Shown: positions 57,128 through 64,000 of the stretch, one piece after another
Layout of the letters: every line of letters begins with the position of its first letter
Position numbering within the stretch: the stretch's first letter is position 1
Source: Octopus vulgaris
Taxonomy: Eukaryota
Length of the DNA: 64,000 nt
Assembly (NCBI GenBank): GCA_951406725.2
Contig: OX597835.1
Span: 27,218,001-27,282,000 of the forward strand
Reading direction: 5' to 3'
Notes under the pieces: model-generated
Databases searched by the model: none
What the model was told of the DNA's origin: nothing
What the model saw: only the letters and a program-made list of their open reading frames with translations
Program-made: the position numbers and the translations under genes

Positions 57128-57695
57128 GTGATGTTTCACATGGCACAGGTGATTTTCAAGTGGAAAAAGTATGGGTGCTTTTTTACGTGACACCAGCACA
57201 GCAGGTGCTTTTTACGTGGCACCAGCACAGGCGTTTTCTACATGGCACCAGCACAGGTTCTTTCTACATGGAATCTGCACAGGTGCTTTTTACATGGCAC
57301 CAGAACAGGTGCTTTTCACATGGCACCAGAACAGGTGCTTTTCGCATGGCACCGGAACAGGTGCTTTTCGCATGGCACCGGAACAGGTGCTTTTCGCATG
57401 GCACCGGAACAGGTGCTTTTCGCATGGCACCGGAACAGGTGCTTTTCGCATGGCACCGGAACAGGTGCTTTTCGCATGGCACCGGAACAGGTGCTTTTCG
57501 CATGGCACCGGAACAGGTGCTTTTCGCATGGCACCGGAACAGGTGCTTTTCGCATGGCACCGGAACAGGTGCTTTTCACATGGCACCGGAACAGGTGCTT
57601 TTCACATGGCACCAGCACAGGTGCTTTTCACATGGCACCAGCACAGGTGATTTTTATGTGACACCTGCATGGGTGCTTTTTACAAGGCACCAGTA
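57128..57695. repeat. 26-bp minisatellite (ggcaccggaacaggtgcttttcgcat), about 20 units
   Basis: Homogeneous centre at 57330-57590 with diverged edges. Confidence 0.95.
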
Positions 57696-57879
57696 CCCGC
57701 AAGCTTGCAAAACAAAGACCACTCGGCTGAGAGGGGGAATGAAACCGAGAGATTAAAATATGACAGCAGTAGCCCTCTTGCTATCGAGGTGGTACTCAGC
57801 CAGTACATATGGATGGGTGGAGGTACACTTGCACTCAGTGATTCAGAAAAGAAAAATGTATGGCAGAGCTACTAGGAAA

Positions 57880-58187
57880 TTAAGTCTATTAAATATGGAG
57901 AATGCACGGGAGAGAAAGGTTTTATTAACTTAGAACTCAACAGAGGAACCAGCTATTCTAGTCAACTGAAGTAGGATAGATAAAGCAATTAACTTCTTTA
58001 TTTATTATGCCTCTGCCAGCCAGTATTCAAAGACAGGGAATTATTGCTGAGAGGCTTAAAATATCTGCTAGCAAAGGATATGGCCTAGATAGCCTTATAG
58101 TCCATTATGCTGAACAGGAAAGTGTTATTCTCAATGATTTGTGTGGCAGCATCAAAGTCAATTGTTACAAGAGTAAAGATGAAGCAT

Positions 58188-58235
<48 letters not shown>

Positions 58236-58745
58236 AAATTACAGAAGTATCATATTGCACCAGGTCATGAAAGTTACAGAAAACATCATAGCTTGGTTAA
58301 TTAAGGAGAGAAAGAGAGGGGGCAGAGAGGGAGGGAGGGAGAGTGAGTGAGTGTGTGAGTGAGTGTGTGTGTGAGTGAGTGTGTGTGTGAGTGAGTGTGT
58401 GTGTGAGTGAGTGTGTGAGTGAGTGAGTGAGTGTGTGTGTGAGTGAGTGAGTGTATGAGTGAGTGAGTGTGAGTAAGTGTGTGTGTTTGTGTGTGTATGT
58501 GTGTGTGTTAAGCGAGATGAGATGCAGTTTGGTTTTGTGCTAGTGGAAAATGCTACAGATGCCCTCTTCGTGATTTATGCAGTAACAGAGGTGAGACAAT
58601 ATAATAGATGCTGTGTAATCACAAAAGAAGTATTTGGCATTAGTCAGCATGACAAAAAAAACTTCCACAAGGTCCCTCATTCTGTGATCTGATGTTTAAT
58701 GACGAAAATAGGGTCAACAAATAGTTTGCGAGAGCCATACAAGTT
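57880..58745 (+). mobile_element. Decayed RTE-like reverse transcriptase region, split by GA/GAGT microsatellites
   Basis: GIIAERLK...VILNDLCGSIKVNCYKSKDEAL[ER]n..NYRSI..HQVMKVTE, then EMQFGFV..ATDALF and K.FHKVPHSVI, matching RT domains 0-3. Confidence 0.75.
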
Positions 58746-58859
58746 TCAAATGATTTAGGTTCAATTCCAGTGGCATTCAGTGTTGCTTGAGTTGGTCCTT
58801 GATTCTTTGAAAAGGACAACCCCATGGCCTTTTCGCTGAAGTGAGTTTGCTAAATAAGA

Positions 58860-59140
58860 CTTAGCGTGGGAACTTTGGCTCTTCCATTCTTGTTACATGT
58901 CCTGACTAAGTGGCAGTGTTCCATCAACATAGGAACCAAAAACTTTGAAACTACCAGAAGAGTAAAGGAAGAAATCAAACAGCAGGAAAGAAAGGCTCGA
59001 CAAAAATCAACCTCTTCCTCCATTAACATTACCATGCAGTAAATATCATCGACTCTTCTATGAAAGAATTGGTCTACAGAGCCATCAACAGTATCATCAT
59101 AAAGGAAGCATGGATACGAGACAGAGCCAACGATGACAAG
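58860..59140 (+). mobile_element. RTE-like LINE 3' end with a single degenerate finger
   Basis: KWQCSINIGTKNFETTRRVKEEIKQQERKARQ...PCSKYHRLFYERIGLQSHQQYH. Confidence 0.6.
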
Positions 59141-59275
59141 CCATGTATAAAGGTGCTGCCAGTAAGGTGAGAACTAACAAGTACAACAATGAATTTAGAG
59201 AGTAGGTATTCTTCACAGTGCAACTCTTAGTCCTCGACTATTCAAAGTCCTTCAGGCCATAAAAGGAGGTCTTAA

Positions 59276-59476
59276 CCCTTTAGAATTCAGTGCTTATGTA
59301 TTCATATTGTTTTGAATTAATCAGGAATTATCTTGTAGCTTTGAGATTTCAGTGGGGTAACTGCTTATTTTCAGAATAACATAGCTGGGTAGGTGTGAGA
59401 GGATGGATCTGGCCAGTTTGAACTTAAAACAGGAAGAAAATTTGGGCCAGATATGGCCAATTTAAATACTAAAGAG
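59276..59476. mobile_element. piggyBac-like MITE, inverted relative to the 51059 copy
   Basis: TTAA|CCCTTTAG ... CTAAAGAG|TTAA. Confidence 0.75.
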
Positions 59477-59789
59477 TTAAGATGGTTGCTTGTAGTTTTC
59501 ACAGTTATATAATCCTTTCTACTATACGCACAAGGCTGGGAATTTGAGGGGAGTGGGGGATAGTCAATCACATCAACCTCAGTTTTTGACTGGTACTCAA
59601 TCTATCGACCCTGAAAGAATGAAAGGCAAATTCAACCTTTGCGGAATTTGAACTCAGAACGTAGCAGCAGAAGAAATACCGCTAGGCATTTTGCCCCGCA
59701 TGCTAACGATTCTACCAGTTTGCCCCATTAATGGTGAGATGGTATGGATATATTTTCTCAGTAAGCTTCCCTCACAATTATTATATAAT

Positions 59790-60165
59790 GACACCTGCTT
59801 GCGAAGACCTGTTGAGGCAAGTGAAATCGGAATCGACATCGCTCAAAATCAATGGAAATTGTAGTTGTAATACCAGTGCCGGTGGCACGTAAAAGAACCA
59901 TCCGAACGTGGCCGTTGCCAGCGCCGCCCCGACTGGCCTCCATGACAGTGGCATGTAAAAAGCACCAACCGATCATGGCTGTTGCCAGTCTCGCCTGGCA
60001 CGTAAAAAGCACCCACTACACTCACGGAGTGGTTGGCGTTAGGAAGGGCATCCAGCTGTAGAAACTGGGCCTGATGCAGCCTCCTGGCTTCCCAGACCCC
60101 AGTTGAACCGTCCAACCCATGCTAACATGGAAAGCGGATGTTAAACGATGATGATGATGATGATG
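59790..60165 (+). mobile_element. SINE/RTE-tail-like element ending in (GAT)n (second copy 56563-56830 on minus)
   Basis: gttggcgttaggaagggcatccagc...ccaacccatgcta(a/g)catggaaa..gttaaacgatgatg. Confidence 0.8.
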
Positions 60166-60364
60166 ACATCATAGTTATAATGTGTGCTTCACACAGTTTC
60201 ATTTTTGCACAGACAGAAATGTTTGTTGGCCAACAAATGCAGCTATTTGAACCACTTTCCCTACATCAAACCATACATGCTGTACAAGCTAAGGAAGATA
60301 CCACTATGTAGCCATATATCCAGTAAATTTACCCTCCTTCACCACAGGGAAAGTTCACTCTCTC

Positions 60365-60770
60365 TCTTTTTACTCTTTTACTTGTTTCAGTCATTTGACT
60401 GCGGCCATGCTGGAGCACCGCCTTTAGTCGAGCAAATCGACCCCGGGACTTATTCTTTGTAAGCCCAGTACTTATTCTATCGGTCTCTTTTGCCAAACCA
60501 CTAAGTGACGGGGACGTAAACACACCAGCATCGGTTGTCAAGCAATGCTAGAGGGACAAACACAGACACACAAACATACACACACATACATATATATATA
60601 TACATATATACGACAGGCTTCTTTCAGTTTCCATCTACCAAATCCACTCACAAGGCTTTGGTCGGCCCGAGGCTATAGCAGAAGACACTTGCCCAAGATG
60701 CCACGCAGTGGGACTGAACCCAGAACCATGTGCTTGGTTAGCAAGCTACTTACCACACAGTTACTCCTGC
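60365..60770 (-). mobile_element. SINE family 2, full copy in ARL14EP intron
   Basis: Reverse complement of 7707-8120. Confidence 0.9.
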
Positions 60771-61389
60771 GAAAATTTGTGAAAATTTTTTGACATAATT
60801 TTTCAACTTCAATTTTTCTAGTGTTTTGGGGGTCTTTTTTAATAAAATAGTTTCCAATGGTGAGAGTCTTCTCAGTAAACTTTCCTTGCGGTGAACTTTC
60901 CCCATGGTGAACTTCCTTCACAATGAATTGATGGCGGTGAGCTCTCCTACAAAGAATTGATAGCAGTGAACTTACCTATAATCATGTGGCCATTCCACTA
61001 GCTAGAAATAACAGCTAAAGTTCACTCAAATTACACCCTTACCCCTTTACGCTTTCTGATTATTCTGTCAATTGTAATGCTTATTTATTCCTATTGTTTT
61101 GAATTAATCATGCATAATATGACTGTTTACTTTTCGAATGGCATTGTAGGGTAGGTGTGAAAAGCAAGATCTGGTCAGTTTGAACATAAAACAGGAAAAA
61201 TATTTGGACTGGGCTTGGCCAGTTTAAATGTAGAAGGGTTAAGGTCTTTCAAAGAAATGTACATGTTGGGTAATGTTGTCTCTGATATACAAAATGACAA
61301 GGGCAGTCATGGTTGGAATGCCTTAGGCCATGAGCTTGTTCAATCAGAAAAGAGTGCACTCTCATTACATCTTCTACCTCTATCTTGGA

Positions 61390-61632
61390 TTAACAGACAG
61401 AAATTAGCTCCTCCTTCTCTAGCATATATTAACAGACAGAAAACTAGCTCCTCCTCTTCCATCATAGATTGACAGAGTCAAAAACTAGTTCCTCCTCCTC
61501 AATTATACATCAAGAGATTTAATAAACAGAAATTAGCTCCTCCTTCTCTAGCAAATATTAACAGAGACAGAAAACTAGCCCCTCCTCTTCCATCATAGAT
61601 TGATAGAGTCCAAAGCTAGTTCGTCCTCCTCT
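61390..61632. repeat. Tandem duplication (about 130 bp) built of agctcctcct subrepeats in ARL14EP intron
   Basis: acagaaattagctcctccttctctagca...ccatcatagattga occurs twice. Confidence 0.85.
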
Positions 61633-61739
61633 TTCTCTATTATACCATAAGAGAACCAGAAATAAACGCCACCATTGAACTTTCAATAATTAATTAAAAG
61701 TGAAACAAGTATGAAATGATAACGAGAGCAAATGCTTAC

Positions 61740-61861
61740 TTCTCTCTGTATATTCTGCGATTCATCTTGCGCATTTCTCTCGCACTCCGTTCAGGATCAA
61801 AATCTTCCATAAACTTACCAGGATTTGCAAAAGAGAGCATTTTTAGTTGTTTACTAACACT
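61740..61861 (-). CDS. ARL14EP: ARL14 effector protein, internal exon SVSKQLKMLSFANPGKFMEDFDPERSAREMRKMNRRIYRE
   Basis: Minus-strand acceptor cttttgcag and donor GTAAG. 122 nt, ends in phase 2. The LxFxNPG...F.PE...RE.R motif resembles ARL14EP upstream of its Cys-rich domain. Upstream exons were not identified in the window. Confidence 0.85.
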
Positions 61862-62120
61862 CTGCAAAAGAAAGAAAGAAAAAGAAGAAATTGAGAAATA
61901 AATAGAGAGACACAAAGATGGATTTCGCATTGGTTCTGATGAAAAAAAAAACTATTTGCTACACCAACTCCTTGTACTAGAATGGTATAACTGGCTGAGT
62001 AGCCCACAGAAGATAGTAATTGCAATATAGCATCAAGACAGACTCAACATGACACTGTATTTAATAAAACAGGATCTTTGAATTACAGATACAGTCTATC
62101 TCAAAAACATACATATACAG

Positions 62121-62168
<48 letters not shown>

Positions 62169-62591
62169 GTAAAAAAAATACAAACTGGTACAAGAACGCA
62201 AAACATTTAGAAGACGATACAAAAAACACGGACGGGACATTCAAAGCTTTCAATCTTCAGTCAAGAACCGGATCATCCTCGCAATTTCAGCTGATATATA
62301 TAAGTACCTTATTTTCAACTGCCTATCACCTCAATACACTTGACTTATATAGGCACAATGAGTCACTATTATCTATAGGCTGAAACAGCTGTAAGTGATT
62401 TTAATAATTCATATTCACATTTTTTAATAACTACTTGTATTCTTATCTTATATGCATTGAATAATATATTATATGTATGCATGTTATTATGGTCGTCGTT
62501 TTGATAAATAAATAAGTCAATATTTTAATGTCCTAAAGTTGATGAACCAACTAATGTGCTTCTCCATTTTCTTATTTGTAATATATATATA

Positions 62592-62961
62592 CTAGCAGTA
62601 TCGCCCGGCGTTGCTCGGGTTTGTAAGGGAAATAACTATATAAGCATTTTTAGAGAGTTATAGCCAAAAAATAGCAAAAAAATGCATTAAAAATGGAAAA
62701 AAAATTATAGTAAATTTTTTTTTAAATCGTTGACTCATCGTAGACATTTTTAGAGTTACTTCCCTTATATAATAGCGAAAAAATGCATTAAAATGGAAAA
62801 AAATGATGGTAAATTTTTTTTTAAATCGTAGACTCATCGTAGACGCACGCTAATACCCAGAAGGGCTCGATATGAATCACGACTGCACCGCAAAATGTGG
62901 GAGTAGTTAGGAATCTAAATAGTAGGAGACAGACACACAACCTTACTTTTATATATAAAGA
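62592..62961 (-). mobile_element. Non-autonomous Helitron-like element, copy D (shorter variant with internal duplication)
   Basis: Same CTAG/hairpin end and TC start. Lacks the middle GC-rich segment and duplicates aatgcattaaaatgg...gactcatcgtagac. Confidence 0.8.
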
Positions 62962-63226
62962 TATATATATATTTAGGGGGAGAATTCACGAAAAAAACAA
63001 AAGATGAAGAAAAGTGGTGTAGAAAACAAACAGATGTATTAGTATAAGGCTCGGGAATTGAAAAAGTCTTTAATGTTTCGAGCCTATGCTCTTCCACAGA
63101 AAGAAATAAGGAGAGAAACAAGGAGAGAAAAAAAAATGTGTGTAGTGGCTACCAATCTATCATTTTAGCAGCTTCTCTTTTCCATTTTAAACAAGTTTTA
63201 TGGGATATGAGTTTTATGAGTTTTAA

Positions 63227-63264
<38 letters not shown>

Positions 63265-63282
63265 AATATACACAAACACACG

Positions 63283-63313
<31 letters not shown>

Positions 63314-63501
63314 TATTTTTTAATAATATATTACTATTATTAATATAAGGAAATCAATATTGAACTCAACATAAAGATGTACCTGTGTGAAAGACCTTAT
63401 TGTATTAAAAATATATATAAATAAATAAATAAACATAAAAAAATAAATATAATGTATAAGATAAATTTGGTAGTTTAAAAGTTTTGAATTGATTTTTTAA
63501 G

Positions 63502-63595
63502 CATGTTACGATCGTTTCACAGAAGAATTGTCCCTATAATGAAATCCTATATTGATAAGCATTTATAGACAACCCTTCTGCTCTTCAGAGATATA
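63502..63595 (-). ncRNA. Type I hammerhead ribozyme-like motif
   Basis: CTGAAGA (63588-63582), 14-bp stem II with GU pairs, GAAAC-GATC-GTA. Stem I is weak with one C-C mismatch. Confidence 0.6.
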
Positions 63596-64000
63596 AAATA
63601 TGAATATTGTATAATATATCAAATGATATATTACCACACAGCCACACCTGTGCTTATAAGGGACATGAAAAATCCAATTAGAAATAATTATGCAATGAAG
63701 TAAAAAAAGTTTTTTATTATTATAACCATTTCAACCAGTATGGGAGACAACTCCATACATGTTTTACCCTTTATGACATCATCAGCATTTACTACCTCAC
63801 CTCTATTATTGCATAAAATCAATGTTCCACTCAATTTCTTGCCCTTCTCCCTCTCTCTCTCTCTCTTCTTACAACTATTCTACCAATCAACACTTGAACC
63901 ACTACGCTTCTCAAAGAACAACGAGAAGCTTCAACAAGGTCGTTTGACCTGCTAGAAATAGCAATCAAATTTCTCTCAAATCACACCATATCACCTTAAC

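Noticed and set aside
57128-57695. CRISPR-like array or repeat protein (ORFs in six frames)
   Set aside because: Units abut with no unique spacers, the 26-bp period is not a multiple of 3, there are no cas genes, and the context is eukaryotic.
61862-61930. N-terminal extension MRNPSLCLSIYFSISSFSFFLLQ of ARL14EP
   Set aside because: It is the polypyrimidine tract and AG acceptor of the intron.

Overview
AT-rich eukaryotic DNA saturated with microsatellites (AT, AC, ATAC, GATA, TAA, ATC, GGT/GTA). The repeat landscape resembles an octopod cephalopod (Octopus-like) genome; this is recognition of repeat families, not a search result. Nearly all ORFs in the supplied track are microsatellite artefacts. 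Two spliced host genes can be built from the sequence. (1) On +, a two-coding-exon orphan gene (2243-2351 + 12912-13141, 112 aa) encodes a signal peptide, an S/T-rich stalk and a hydrophobic tail, so it is a candidate GPI-anchored mini-mucin. (2) On -, the last two coding exons of ARL14EP (61740-61861, 55459-55681). The rest is transposon debris: two full-length decayed mariners, MITEs (mariner, Tc1-like, piggyBac-like, one unclassified with a 6-bp TSD), hAT, Merlin and DD37D fragments, non-autonomous Helitrons in tandem and inverted arrangement, (TAA)n-embedded R4/Dong-like LINEs with a non-autonomous partner, RTE fragments (one ending in three C2H2 fingers), Penelope-like remnants with fold-back palindromes and hammerhead-ribozyme-like motifs, several tRNA-derived SINE families, and SINE-derived tandem arrays. 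Only representative SINE and microsatellite copies are listed. Repeat boundaries are approximate unless TIRs, TSDs or splice sites are quoted.
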